Counted from the first letter of the stretch, positions 26,266 through 43,013 are shown. The stretch is DNA of 64,000 nucleotides from an uncultured Bacilli bacterium (GCA_944336335.1 CALVLC010000029.1:21844-85843); one strand, 5' to 3'. Numbers and translations are program-made. The notes: generated from the letters alone by a model not told the origin.

Positions 26266-27072
26266 TTACTTAACAAAGTTGTCTAGAGCATAGATAATGC
26301 CATCGTCATCAACGCGCTTCGTAATGAACTTGGCAACCTCTTTGCAATCATCGCTTGCATTACCCATCGCTACCCCATTAAAACGTTTAATCATGCCAAC
26401 ATCATTGCCACTATCACCAAATGTGTAAACGTCTTTTGAATCAATATTCAAATGTTTTCTTAACCACTCAACTGCGTTTCCTTTATCGCTTTCTTTGTTG
26501 ATAAATTCAAGAAACCATGGAGAAGTTCTTAAAACATTAAATTTAGATTTTTCTTCTTCTGTAATTTCCTTTTCATCAAAATATTTACTTCTTCTAGGTA
26601 GAGAAGCAATCATAAATTTTAAAATCAAGTAATCCTTGTCAAGAGGACGTTTTCTTAAATCAAGACCAGTAAAATTACCATTAGCTTTCTCTTCAGCTCT
26701 AATCCAATAATTCTTTTTTAAATATCCGATTTGATCATTTGTATAACAATAAATATTTGATGTTCTATTCTTAAAGATTTTAGGGTGATTATCGACAAAT
26801 TTATAATATTCTTCGATTTTAATCCCACATTTATATAATTCGTTACCTTTTACATCAGTTATTAAATTTCCATTTGCACATAAAAGATACTTTTGACCTT
26901 CACCTAATTGGTCAATTATCTGAATAATTCCAGCATATGGTCTGCCACTAGCTATAGCGATAACATCGCCATTTTTTAATATTTCATTTAATCTGTTTTT
27001 TAAGTTTTCTTTTAACTCAATCTTGTGATTGTTAATTAAAGTACCATCAATATCAAAAGCAAATAATCTCAT
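26266..27072 (-). CDS. Cof-type HAD-IIB family hydrolase (sugar-phosphatase type)
   Basis: FDIDGTL motif I, SGR motif II, GDSGND motif IV. Confidence 0.85.
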   Translation of the reverse strand: MRLFAFDIDGTLINNHKIELKENLKNRLNEILKNGDVIAIASGRPYAGIIQIIDQLGEGQKYLLCANGNLITDVKGNELYKCGIKIEEYYKFVDNHPKIFKNRTSNIYCYTNDQIGYLKKNYWIRAEEKANGNFTGLDLRKRPLDKDYLILKFMIASLPRRSKYFDEKEITEEEKSKFNVLRTSPWFLEFINKESDKGNAVEWLRKHLNIDSKDVYTFGDSGNDVGMIKRFNGVAMGNASDDCKEVAKFITKRVDDDGIIYALDNFVK

Positions 27073-27186
27073 AACGCTATTTATTATACCGAAAGTTACT
27101 TATTTTAAAATCAAAACTTAAATCACAAAAATTAATAAATTTCGAGTCTAAACTTTTAGATATTTTTACACTATAATTTTGACACG

Positions 27187-27516
27187 ATGGCAGACAGAGG
27201 AATGAAGAAATGGCTCCCTTTCGCATCTTTAGTGGAGCAGCAAGAATATCTTAATAAAATGCTATATGAGAAAAATAAAATAGCACGTCCTTTGGTAAGC
27301 ATTGAACGTGCTAGAAAAATTGATACTATCTTAAAACTTTATCCGAATACAGTTTTAAACTTTAAACTATATATAGATGGATATTTATATACCTATGTTG
27401 GTAAAATACTAAAAATTGATAAAAATAAGAAAATAGTTTATTTTGACGACTTTTTTCTACCAATTAGAGAAATAATTGATATAGAAAATCCAGATCCTTT
27501 TGCTGAGGTTTGTTAA
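27187..27516 (+). CDS. YolD-like protein
   Basis: N-terminal DRGMKKWLPFASL motif characteristic of YolD-like proteins. TATAAT ends 9 nt before the ATG. Confidence 0.65.
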   Translation: MADRGMKKWLPFASLVEQQEYLNKMLYEKNKIARPLVSIERARKIDTILKLYPNTVLNFKLYIDGYLYTYVGKILKIDKNKKIVYFDDFFLPIREIIDIENPDPFAEVC

Positions 27517-28175
27517 TATCCTCTTCTAGATTCTCTAATTGCAAATAAAGGATAAAGTAAAAAAATTACTGAAATTCCTATTGTTACAAAAGCTGACAAA
27601 ACTAAATATATAAAAGATAAAGAAACGTACAACATATTAGTTGCGCTTATAAAATTCATTGCACCCATCGCAATTAAAGTTCCGCCTTGTAAAAGGGACA
27701 AAACAACCATAAGTCCTGAAACAACAGCCATAATTAAATGGTTATGTTTTCCAACATGGCGATATTCTAAAATTAACAAAACAAAGTATATAATTCCAAG
27801 CACCATTCCAGAAATGATTGTTGAGAATAATGTTATTCCTAAACTATTCGTAAACATTGAAGAAATAACTGCTTCAATTGCTGGCAAAACATAATTAGCA
27901 ACAACAAGAAGAATTATTCCAGTTCTTGCAGGTGTTAAAGTATTATTTTCTTTCGATAAAATGAAATATCTAACTAGATATAAGTCAAATACACAGTTTA
28001 TAACAAGAAAAATAATGCTCGAAATATCATGAACATTGTTATTAATGAATAAATTTAGTGCAAAATTGTATAACTCAAGAATCAATTGAGCAGAACAAAC
28101 TATTGCTCCAAAAGTACCGATATGGAAAGAGCGAAGTTTCCTTTTTATTTTGTTTTTAATATCTTCAAAGTTCAT
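27513..28175 (-). CDS. Polytopic membrane protein, unknown function
   Basis: Six predicted hydrophobic helices. No motif recognised. Its stop overlaps the yolD-like stop (shared TTAA). Confidence 0.5.
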   Translation of the reverse strand: MNFEDIKNKIKRKLRSFHIGTFGAIVCSAQLILELYNFALNLFINNNVHDISSIIFLVINCVFDLYLVRYFILSKENNTLTPARTGIILLVVANYVLPAIEAVISSMFTNSLGITLFSTIISGMVLGIIYFVLLILEYRHVGKHNHLIMAVVSGLMVVLSLLQGGTLIAMGAMNFISATNMLYVSLSFIYLVLSAFVTIGISVIFLLYPLFAIRESRRGY

Positions 28176-28195
28176 AAAGAAATCCTTTTAATTTA

Positions 28196-33465
<5,270 letters not shown>

Positions 33466-33466
33466 A

Positions 33467-35134
33467 TTAAATTACCTCAAAAACTCCACCAAAATAAGGA
33501 GGGATTTCATCTAGTTTAACATCTTTTCCGTAATTTGAAATCAAACATTTAAAAGATAAAATCTCGCAATTCTTAACTTTTTTACCAGAGAAATTAAGAA
33601 TAATTTGATACGTTTTACCTTCATAAGTTCTAAAAAAACTGACAATATCTTTTTTGACTGTTTCTTCTTTAAAATCACCAAATTTTAAAACATCACTTTC
33701 GTTTCTAAATTTAATCATCTCTTTATAAAAATTAAGAATTGAATCTTCATCTTTAAGTTCATCTTCAACATTAATCTTTTCAAATAATGGATTCACTTTT
33801 ATCCAAGTTTCATGACCTTCATTAAATCCACCATTTATCTTATTACTCCATTGCATTGGTGTTCTAGCATGATCTCTATTAATAGTTTCATTAACTAACT
33901 TAAAAGATTTTTCATCACTAAGTTTTAATATACCTTTAACAGTTTGAGTTGCGGTAACTGCTGCAACATCTTTACAATCTAAAAGTTTAGCTTCAGGTAT
34001 ATTTAAAGCACCAATTTCTTCACCTTGATAAATAAAAGGTGTGCCTTTTAAACTGAGTAAAAATACAGCAAGCATTTTGCCGCTTTCTTTATAATATTTT
34101 CCAGTGTCACCATATCTATTAATGCTTCTTAATTGGTCATGATTTTCTAAATAATTAGCAATCCAAGGAACATCTTTTTGCCATTTAAAAATTGGTGTTA
34201 CTAAGCGCTTTGCGTTGAATTTTCTTTTAAATACAGGGATTATTTTACTTTTATCAGCATAAACATGATCAAATTCGAAGAACATATCTAAGCAACGCTC
34301 ATTTAAAAAACGGTTACCACTTTCTTTATCAAGTTCACCTGTTTCACCAACTAAGAAAGTATCATAATTATCTAAAACATCAGTTCTTATTTTAGTTAAG
34401 ATTTTAAACATTTGATCTTGATTCGAATAATATTTAACACCTCTGTTATATAAAAGATGTGAATAATCGTTCTTTAAAGTTGATTTATAGATATGGTTAA
34501 TAACATCACATCTAAATCCATAGACCCCTTTATCAAGCCAAAATCTTAAAACATCTTCTACTTCGTTAATAACTTCAGGGTTTGAATAATTCAAATCAGC
34601 TTGTGTATCGCAATATAGATGCATATAAAAATATCCAGGAAGTTCAGGAATCTTCTTCCAAGCCTTGCCTGTAAAACAACTTTGCCAATTGTTTGGCTCC
34701 TTATTACGTTTTTTGCCTTTTCCTTCTTTAATAAAATAGTAATTACGATATTTATTTTCAGGAGTTTGAATAGCCTTTTTGAACCATTCATGCTCAGTAG
34801 ACGTATGGTTAATTACTAAATCCATAACAATTTTGATGTCTCTTTTATTTGCTTCACTTAAAAGTTCATCAAAATCTTCCATTGTGCCAAATCTTGGATT
34901 GATATTTTTATAATCAGCAATGTCGTAACCCATGTCATCCATTGGCGAAATATAAACTGGCGAAAGCCAAATTATTCCAATGCCTAAATCTTTTAAATAA
35001 TCAAGTTTTGCAGTGATTCCTTTTAAATCGCCCCATCCATCATTATTTGCATCATTAAAACTTGATGGATAAATTTGATAAACTACTCTCTTTTTGAATT
35101 CATTACTTTGTTCCATCGCGTTGTCTCTTTTCAA
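33467..35134 (-). CDS. GH13 alpha-glucosidase (oligo-1,6-glucosidase / sucrose-isomaltose hydrolase type)
   Basis: GH13 regions DLVINHTS, GFRCDVINHI, GETG and YLENHDQ. The true start may be Met7 (35116). Confidence 0.9.
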   Translation of the reverse strand: MKRDNAMEQSNEFKKRVVYQIYPSSFNDANNDGWGDLKGITAKLDYLKDLGIGIIWLSPVYISPMDDMGYDIADYKNINPRFGTMEDFDELLSEANKRDIKIVMDLVINHTSTEHEWFKKAIQTPENKYRNYYFIKEGKGKKRNKEPNNWQSCFTGKAWKKIPELPGYFYMHLYCDTQADLNYSNPEVINEVEDVLRFWLDKGVYGFRCDVINHIYKSTLKNDYSHLLYNRGVKYYSNQDQMFKILTKIRTDVLDNYDTFLVGETGELDKESGNRFLNERCLDMFFEFDHVYADKSKIIPVFKRKFNAKRLVTPIFKWQKDVPWIANYLENHDQLRSINRYGDTGKYYKESGKMLAVFLLSLKGTPFIYQGEEIGALNIPEAKLLDCKDVAAVTATQTVKGILKLSDEKSFKLVNETINRDHARTPMQWSNKINGGFNEGHETWIKVNPLFEKINVEDELKDEDSILNFYKEMIKFRNESDVLKFGDFKEETVKKDIVSFFRTYEGKTYQIILNFSGKKVKNCEILSFKCLISNYGKDVKLDEIPPYFGGVFEVI

Positions 35135-36638
35135 TTTCTAAAACCATAATTTCATGATTTTCTTCTGTAATTTTATAAGTGCATTTTATCCAAACAAAAC
35201 AGGCTAACATTAATAAACCAGGTACGATAGTAAATCCAATTTGATAAACAAGTCTTTGCCAAAAGTCTACGTTTTCAAATCCAGTTATTTGATTAGCAAT
35301 TTCTCCAACATATTGACCAACACTTACTGCATTGTCTCCAAACTGAGCAATTGCATCCATTTCAGCTTGGCTAATTTGATTAGAAATGGCATATAAAGAA
35401 CCTGCTAAAAGAGAAACGTATAATACAACTTGTTGTAATGAAGAACCAAGTTTTGCTGTAAAAGCTCTTAATGAAAATACAGCACTTTCTCTTCTTTCCT
35501 TAAAATGATACTCATTATATTCGATCGAATCTTGAATCATAATATAAAGCACCATACTAATTAATGTTTGAGCAAAGAAAACAATAAATCCTAATACACA
35601 AAGTAATGGGAAGAATGTTACTGGATTTAAGAAAATATAAAGGAATAATAATCCATAACCAGTAAAGGTTACAATACTAGCAATAGTGAATATTTTCATC
35701 CTATGTATCTTAAATTTATTAACAAGAACCGGATACAAAACTTGTCCTAAAAGTGTAGCTAAAGCATAAACTACTGTAAAAATTAATTGATAAGTGCCAG
35801 CCGCTGAATAACCATAATTGAAATAGAAATAATTAAGACCCAATGTAACTAAGATACTTGCACCAGTATAGTAAAGCAAAATCCCGACAATTGAGCTTCT
35901 AACTTGATCATTTTTAGCCAAAACGCTAAAAATATCTTTAAATTTCATCTTTTCGCTACTTGTTTCAACATCTTCACTTCTTTTTCTTTCTTTCATGAAG
36001 ATAACTAAAATAAGTTGGCTCAAGAAATATAAAACTGATGCAATAATAGCAAACCATCTATAAGAAATTGTATAACCAAAACTAGAAGATAAAATTGGAA
36101 CTAGACCACCAGCTGTAAAGCTACCAATTGAAACAAAAATTGATAATAGAGTAGTTAAATTTGCTCTGACTTTTTCTTTTTGAGAGAGTGATGGAAGCAC
36201 ACTCCAAAAAGCAATATCATTCATTGTGTAAGTAAAGTCCCATAAAAAATAGAAAACTGCAAACAAGCCAACATAAGTCCAGCCATGAACTTGTAAAGTA
36301 AACATTAAAATAGTAACTATACTACTTAATAAAGCTCCTAAAAATATCCAAGGACGATATTTTCCCCGTTTTAAATTTACTTTTTCGACTATAAATCCCA
36401 TTATTGGATCATTAAAACCATCCCATACTCTCAATATAATAATTATGATTGTAATTGTCGTATACATGGCAATGTAATCTTCGCCATCGCCGCCGCCAAT
36501 TCCACAGTATTGAGCGTACATCAATAAAAACATGCTAACGAATTGATAGCACAAGTCACGAAACATTCCGCTACTACAAAAAAGCCATTTTGTAAGTTTT
36601 GGAACGTTTTCTCCTTCAAAGGTTTTGTTCTTAAACAT
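35103..36638 (-). CDS. Glycoside-pentoside-hexuronide (GPH) family sugar:cation symporter
   Basis: 12-TM MFS-like protein with the DGFNDPIMG GPH signature near TM2-3. No IIA domain. Confidence 0.85.
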   Translation of the reverse strand: MFKNKTFEGENVPKLTKWLFCSSGMFRDLCYQFVSMFLLMYAQYCGIGGGDGEDYIAMYTTITIIIIILRVWDGFNDPIMGFIVEKVNLKRGKYRPWIFLGALLSSIVTILMFTLQVHGWTYVGLFAVFYFLWDFTYTMNDIAFWSVLPSLSQKEKVRANLTTLLSIFVSIGSFTAGGLVPILSSSFGYTISYRWFAIIASVLYFLSQLILVIFMKERKRSEDVETSSEKMKFKDIFSVLAKNDQVRSSIVGILLYYTGASILVTLGLNYFYFNYGYSAAGTYQLIFTVVYALATLLGQVLYPVLVNKFKIHRMKIFTIASIVTFTGYGLLFLYIFLNPVTFFPLLCVLGFIVFFAQTLISMVLYIMIQDSIEYNEYHFKERRESAVFSLRAFTAKLGSSLQQVVLYVSLLAGSLYAISNQISQAEMDAIAQFGDNAVSVGQYVGEIANQITGFENVDFWQRLVYQIGFTIVPGLLMLACFVWIKCTYKITEENHEIMVLEIEKRQRDGTK

Positions 36639-36701
36639 AATATTTTCCTCTTTTCTATAATTATACTTAAGACTTCTTTATTAATGTAGATAAAACTGCA
36701 T

Positions 36702-36715
36702 AACTATCGATAGTT
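36702..36715. promoter_or_regulatory. Perfect 14-bp palindrome AACTATCGATAGTT upstream of the glycoside operon, a candidate operator
   Basis: Central-CG palindrome about 40 bp upstream of the TATAAT at 36665-36660. Confidence 0.45.
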
Positions 36716-36792
36716 TTTGAGTTTTTACGAACAAGTAAAACATGTGCTTGAAATGTACTAGCACCGTTTTTTAAAGCACCATTTTTGGACCA

Positions 36793-36847
36793 TTTTTTAC
36801 TAAATAAGTACTAATTTACTACTAATTTGGCCAAAAACCCTGCAAAT
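36793..36847 (-). repeat. Intergenic element copy B
   Basis: Minus strand: ATTTGCAGGGTTTTTGGCCAAATTAGTAGTAAATTAGTACTTATTTAGTAAAAAA. TTAGTA begins at 36825, 36814 and 36803. Confidence 0.8.
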
Positions 36848-36860
36848 CTCCATTTAAAAT

Positions 36861-36887
36861 TAAAAAAGCTAGGTTTTTGACCTAGCT
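36861..36887 (-). terminator. Rho-independent terminator after eno
   Basis: On the minus strand: AGCTAGGT-caaaa-ACCTAGCT followed by TTTTTT. Confidence 0.8.
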
Positions 36888-36914
36888 TTAAATTTTAAAT
36901 TTGTTTAGATTAAA

Positions 36915-38231
<1,317 letters not shown>

Positions 38232-38275
38232 TTAAGACCTTAATTATTATACCTAATTTAATTAAAGGTATAAAC

Positions 38276-38319
38276 TAAAATAAAAGCGATTATTTAAAAT
38301 AATTCTTCTAAATAATCGC
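38276..38319 (-). terminator. Rho-independent terminator upstream of the eno promoter
   Basis: GCGATTATTTA-loop-TAAATAATCGC followed by TTTTATTTT on the minus strand. Confidence 0.7.
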
Positions 38320-38375
38320 GCTTGTTCATAAGATAATTTCTTGTTTTATAAAAGAAAAACATTTTACAATTTTAA

Positions 38376-38870
38376 CTACAAAGATTTACTTCTTATAGGA
38401 TTATCAAAGTCGTATCTAATCAAGAAATAATAGTTACTATAAGTGTTTCCATCATCCATAGCCCATTCAAAATTCACATTTTTGAATCCAACCTCATTAA
38501 ATTTTCCAATATTATCGTCTTTTACTTTTGCAAATAAACTAGGAATTTTCTTAGTATCAATAATTTTAGTTAAATTTTCTATTAAAACTTTGCCACAAAG
38601 AAAATTGGAAGAATCTTTTAGACAAAACGCTGATATCTCGCCTTTATAATCAAATACAATAGAGGCTTGGAGTTCTCCTCTTTCGTTTCTTAAAACATAA
38701 CAAAGAATTTCAGAGCCGGTTTTACTTCTAGTAGAGGCAAATCTCTTTAATAGATTTTTAAATTCGTTTGAAAAGTTATTGGAATTTCCAATAACCAAAT
38801 TTTTATTGTTTGAAGTAAAATCTAAAATTTCATCTATCGAGGTTTCTTTTATTTTCTCAATTTTCATCAT
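38376..38870 (-). CDS. Hypothetical protein, 164 aa (faint GNAT-like C-terminal pattern)
   Basis: ORF with a 4-nt ATGA overlap to the upstream gene. Only a weak FNEVGF-type resemblance to acetyltransferases. Confidence 0.35.
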   Translation of the reverse strand: MMKIEKIKETSIDEILDFTSNNKNLVIGNSNNFSNEFKNLLKRFASTRSKTGSEILCYVLRNERGELQASIVFDYKGEISAFCLKDSSNFLCGKVLIENLTKIIDTKKIPSLFAKVKDDNIGKFNEVGFKNVNFEWAMDDGNTYSNYYFLIRYDFDNPIRSKSL

Positions 38871-39487
38871 TTATCTAATTTAACGTAAATTGGTTTCATC
38901 GATTCGCTATAAACTTCATTATTAATTAATCTAAAATAAATTTGCATATAGGAAACAAATAGTTTTTTATAACTTTTATTAATCAAAATAAAGATAATAG
39001 CAAGTAAAGCAATTAAAGCCATTGAAACAGCAAATCCAGTATAAGTAAATACCGTTTTAGTCATTTCTAATGCTTGGATATTCAAAAATTCAATAGAACC
39101 AGGTGCAAATTTTAATAATAATTGCCACACAACAGAGATTATGCAACAAAGAAGAGCTAATACAAAAATAATCCAATAAATTATTTTCCAAGCTAGGCCA
39201 AAGTTTTTAACTTTTTTCTCTTTGTATGTGTAACAAGGAACTTGAATCATACGAGTGCGGTATAAATCAAAATTGGTAGGATCATATTTAATATTCATTG
39301 GTCCTTCTGAATAATAAATAACTTTTCGAGCATCTGGAACTTTAGTAAAAGTCAAAGTAAAAAACTTTTTATACTCGTTTACAGCTTGCATTCTAACAAT
39401 CTTGTTACTTCTAACTTTATGATGCACTAATTTTAAAATTAAAATTAAAACGAAAATAGCGCCTGCAACAATATAAATCCACCACAT
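38867..39487 (-). CDS. Membrane protein, unknown function (3 TM)
   Basis: Hydrophobic helices at the N-terminus, the middle and the C-terminal third. No motif recognised. Confidence 0.45.
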   Translation of the reverse strand: MWWIYIVAGAIFVLILILKLVHHKVRSNKIVRMQAVNEYKKFFTLTFTKVPDARKVIYYSEGPMNIKYDPTNFDLYRTRMIQVPCYTYKEKKVKNFGLAWKIIYWIIFVLALLCCIISVVWQLLLKFAPGSIEFLNIQALEMTKTVFTYTGFAVSMALIALLAIIFILINKSYKKLFVSYMQIYFRLINNEVYSESMKPIYVKLDK

Positions 39488-39635
39488 ATTCTACCCTCTT
39501 TCTTTAGTTGATTTAAGCAAATACCCCGCGAATTAGACATATTTTTTAAAATTATAGAATTGTCAAAATTTGTCTTAATCGTTATTAAAATTATCGCATT
39601 TTTTAATAATTTTAAAAAGATAGTAATTGAAATAA

Positions 39636-40982
39636 TTAATCAGCAAGTGTGCCAAGCGGATCCCAAGGGTTTAATACAATTGGATCTTCTTCGAGGCACT
39701 TTAACTCTTTTTCGTTTAAATACTTTTTATTAACAACAGCTTGAAAAACATAGGAATCAAACCAACTATCAGACATTACAAAGTAACCGTCGTACCCAGT
39801 TTCTTTGCCCCATGAATTTTCAACTTTCCATCTATTAGGTTTGTCGTTTTTAATGTTAACTCCAGTTAAGCACATGGCATGGTTCATTGCAGACTGATGA
39901 TAATCTAACATATCGCCTTTATTAAATTTAATATCAAATCCAAAAGTAGATTTATAATCAAAGGATAAGTCGTCCCAAAGACCGATGCTTCTTTCGCGAT
40001 AACTACTAACATCACTTCCAAACCAAACAATTTCACCATCTTTAAGCTGATTAATGATTAATTCTTTCATTCTTTCCATCGGTAAATTTAAATGAAGAAT
40101 TTTCTTACCTTCAAGAACGTTATTTAAATAAGCGATTGTAAATGTTTTATAGAATGGTTTATTTTCAGTTGGCGCATTAACGATTGAGACATAATCATCG
40201 ATATTATTAACAAACTTATCAAAGAATGATTTTGATGTCATATCTTTTAAAGCATGGAATTTGCCATCTTTGTCTTTATATTCGAAGTCAAATTGTTGAG
40301 GCGGAACACCAAAAGAATTAACAAGCAAATTATAAATTAATTGTATTGTTTCTTTTTTCAAAGCAACAATTTCATCTTTTTTACCATCTTTAAACAGTTT
40401 TTTAGCACCAACTGCAAATTGACGGCATAAAGTATTAATTAAAGTGTCGGATTCATGAGTCGCACTGCTTTGATAAGTTTCTTTCATGACATTCTTTGGA
40501 ACAACACCATATTTTTTAACTAGGTTAACAAACATGTCCCATTGTCCACCATCACTAACTCCATTAGTTAAAACATGCATTAAAACTCTTTCATCAGGAT
40601 CGTTTTCAATTAAATCAGCGACTGAACTCAAAAGATAATTAGCTTTTTCTAATTTATCAAAAAATGCAATGTAATTTTGTGAAAGTTCAAAGTTAGATAA
40701 TTTTAATTCAGCAGCGATTTTTTCTCTTAAAAAATTGCAAGCAGCAAAAATCCAGCATCTACCGCTACTTTTTTGATTACAAACTGGTAAAGTTTTAATC
40801 TCTAATGAGAAATCGTTTATAACATCAGGTTCATTTTTACTATCATATACTATTTCTGAAATTGGATTTTTACTTAAAGCGTGTTTGACAACAACATTTT
40901 TACTATCACTATTGTATTTTTTCTCTAATTCAGCAAATTCATTGCATGAAATTTCAAATTTCTTAATATCTATATTTTTCAT
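39636..40982 (-). CDS. pepC: Aminopeptidase C / bleomycin hydrolase (cysteine peptidase family C1B)
   Basis: Catalytic block QKSSGRCWIFAA, plus His/Asn blocks (HAMCLTG, VENSWG). Confidence 0.9.
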   Translation of the reverse strand: MKNIDIKKFEISCNEFAELEKKYNSDSKNVVVKHALSKNPISEIVYDSKNEPDVINDFSLEIKTLPVCNQKSSGRCWIFAACNFLREKIAAELKLSNFELSQNYIAFFDKLEKANYLLSSVADLIENDPDERVLMHVLTNGVSDGGQWDMFVNLVKKYGVVPKNVMKETYQSSATHESDTLINTLCRQFAVGAKKLFKDGKKDEIVALKKETIQLIYNLLVNSFGVPPQQFDFEYKDKDGKFHALKDMTSKSFFDKFVNNIDDYVSIVNAPTENKPFYKTFTIAYLNNVLEGKKILHLNLPMERMKELIINQLKDGEIVWFGSDVSSYRERSIGLWDDLSFDYKSTFGFDIKFNKGDMLDYHQSAMNHAMCLTGVNIKNDKPNRWKVENSWGKETGYDGYFVMSDSWFDSYVFQAVVNKKYLNEKELKCLEEDPIVLNPWDPLGTLAD

Positions 40983-40996
40983 ACTTAAATCTCTCT

Positions 40997-42226
40997 TTAT
41001 ATACTCCAGTCTCCGTCTTTAAAAATTTGGACTTCTTTACCATCTCGAGTCGTTCCGACTATACTTAAATCTTTACTACCAATCATAAAGTCAGTATGAA
41101 CAATTGATTTATTAATTGAAATCGCATCAATTTCTTCTTTAGATAAATTTTCATAACCTTTAATAAGATTAGGGAAAGCAGTACCTAAAGCAAGGTGGCA
41201 AGAAGCGTTCTCATCATATAAAGTTGAGAAGAAAATAGTGTTAAGGTCATTAATTGGTGAATGATAAGCAACTAAAGCACACTCTCCTAAATAACAAGCA
41301 TTTTCATCTAAATTGATCATTTGCTTTAGTGCTTCTTCTCCTTTTTCAGCATGAACATCAACTGCTTTACCTTCTTCAAATCTGATTGAGAAGTTTTCGA
41401 TTAAGATTCCGTTATAATTTAATGGTTTAGTTGAGTAAACAATTCCGTGGGTCTTAAATTTGTTTGGTGAAGTAAAACATTCTTCGGTTGGAATGTTTGG
41501 TTGAAAACGAATTTTCTTAGTTTTTGTATTTTCTCCGCCAGCTTCCCAGATAACGTTTTCTAAGAGTTCAACATATAAATCTGTTCCATTTTTACTTGTA
41601 TAGTGAAGAGATTTTAAATTGAGATTATTTAATAAATTCATGTGATTTACAAGGTTTTTGTCATGAATTTCCCAATTTTTAATAGGATCGCCCTTATAAG
41701 CTCTACTTGTAATTAGGATGTATTCCCATAATTTTTCAATAGCTTCTTCATCTCTTAAATTTGGAAAAACTGTTTTAGCCCATTTTAATGAAGGAACTCC
41801 AGCAATACACCATTGGCATTCATCGTCATATTTATCGCGATATTCTCTTGTTTCTTTACCTTTGATAGCGAGAATTTCACTTCTTCTTTTTAAATCAATT
41901 CCATCCATAGCATGAGGATCATCACTATCAATCCAAATTCTAGCTGGTAAAACTTTGATGTTATGTTCATGACGAGCCTTTTCAACATCATTAAGATGAG
42001 AAACTTTATTAATATCAGCAAGATTGCTAGTTAAAATTCCAATTTTATTGTTTTGCCATTGAATATCAACAAAACTTGCACCTGCTTTATAAAGTTCTTC
42101 TGTTAAGATTTCAACAAAAGGAGCAGTTTCAATATTAGCAACAATTATCGCTTCTTGTCCTTTTTGAATGTTTGCGCCAACTACGGCAATTAATTTTGCA
42201 TAATTTCTAATTTTTAATTCATCCAT
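40997..42226 (-). CDS. Aminopeptidase, M29 family (AmpS/PepS type)
   Basis: Length and blocks typical of M29 (ECFTSP, HLALG, HTDFMIG). Confidence 0.85.
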   Translation of the reverse strand: MDELKIRNYAKLIAVVGANIQKGQEAIIVANIETAPFVEILTEELYKAGASFVDIQWQNNKIGILTSNLADINKVSHLNDVEKARHEHNIKVLPARIWIDSDDPHAMDGIDLKRRSEILAIKGKETREYRDKYDDECQWCIAGVPSLKWAKTVFPNLRDEEAIEKLWEYILITSRAYKGDPIKNWEIHDKNLVNHMNLLNNLNLKSLHYTSKNGTDLYVELLENVIWEAGGENTKTKKIRFQPNIPTEECFTSPNKFKTHGIVYSTKPLNYNGILIENFSIRFEEGKAVDVHAEKGEEALKQMINLDENACYLGECALVAYHSPINDLNTIFFSTLYDENASCHLALGTAFPNLIKGYENLSKEEIDAISINKSIVHTDFMIGSKDLSIVGTTRDGKEVQIFKDGDWSI

Positions 42227-42281
42227 ACAATATTTCTCTTTCCAATCTATAATATAATAATACTCGAAAGGTGTATTCGCT

Positions 42282-43013
42282 ATGTCAAAAAAACTTGTAT
42301 CAGAAAAAGATGTTACTTCTTACAAATGGGTCAAAATAATCCAATCAGGATTATTGATAGTTTTTGGCCTTGTCTTATGTATTTTTTCAAATTCAACTGA
42401 TGTCCAAAATGCTCTAGGTTACATCACAGCGAGCATTGTTTTGCTTTATGGAGTTTTAACCATTGGCTTTGGAATGATATTTTCAAAAGGAATTTTAAGT
42501 ATCGAAAATGTCACTGGTGCAGCTCTTATTTCATTATCAGTTTTAATTTATGATAATCCTTTAATTGTTTTAGAATATTTAGGTGTTTTTGCTGGAACAA
42601 TGCTTTTGGTTTTTGCATTAATTTTTGTAATTGAGATAGTTATTGCGTTGATTTCAAAAAATTCAAGTAAGTTTTTGCTTGCAATGAATATTGTTGCTGC
42701 AATAATTTTTCTTGCTTTAGGAATAGCAACTCTAATCTTCAATTATTCATCTTCAAACGATACTTTAAAAATGATTTTAATTATTCTTATTGGCGTTATT
42801 TTAATTATTGCTGGTTGTTTGTTGATTTTCTATTACGCAGCAAACCCTAAATTCAAAATTGACCAACAAGTTATTTGTTCTGATGATGGAACCAAAAAGG
42901 TAACAATCGTAAAAAGCGATGTTTATCCAACAAAAAGCAAATCTAAAAAGAAATTACCTAAAAAAGATAAATTAGAACAAGAAAATAAAAATGAACTAAC
43001 TGAAGTTAAATAA
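42282..43013 (+). CDS. Membrane protein with repeated TM pairs (HdeD/DUF308-like) and a Lys-rich tail
   Basis: Six hydrophobic helices in repeated pairs. C-terminal KSKSKKKLPKKDK tail. Confidence 0.4.
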   Translation: MSKKLVSEKDVTSYKWVKIIQSGLLIVFGLVLCIFSNSTDVQNALGYITASIVLLYGVLTIGFGMIFSKGILSIENVTGAALISLSVLIYDNPLIVLEYLGVFAGTMLLVFALIFVIEIVIALISKNSSKFLLAMNIVAAIIFLALGIATLIFNYSSSNDTLKMILIILIGVILIIAGCLLIFYYAANPKFKIDQQVICSDDGTKKVTIVKSDVYPTKSKSKKKLPKKDKLEQENKNELTEVK

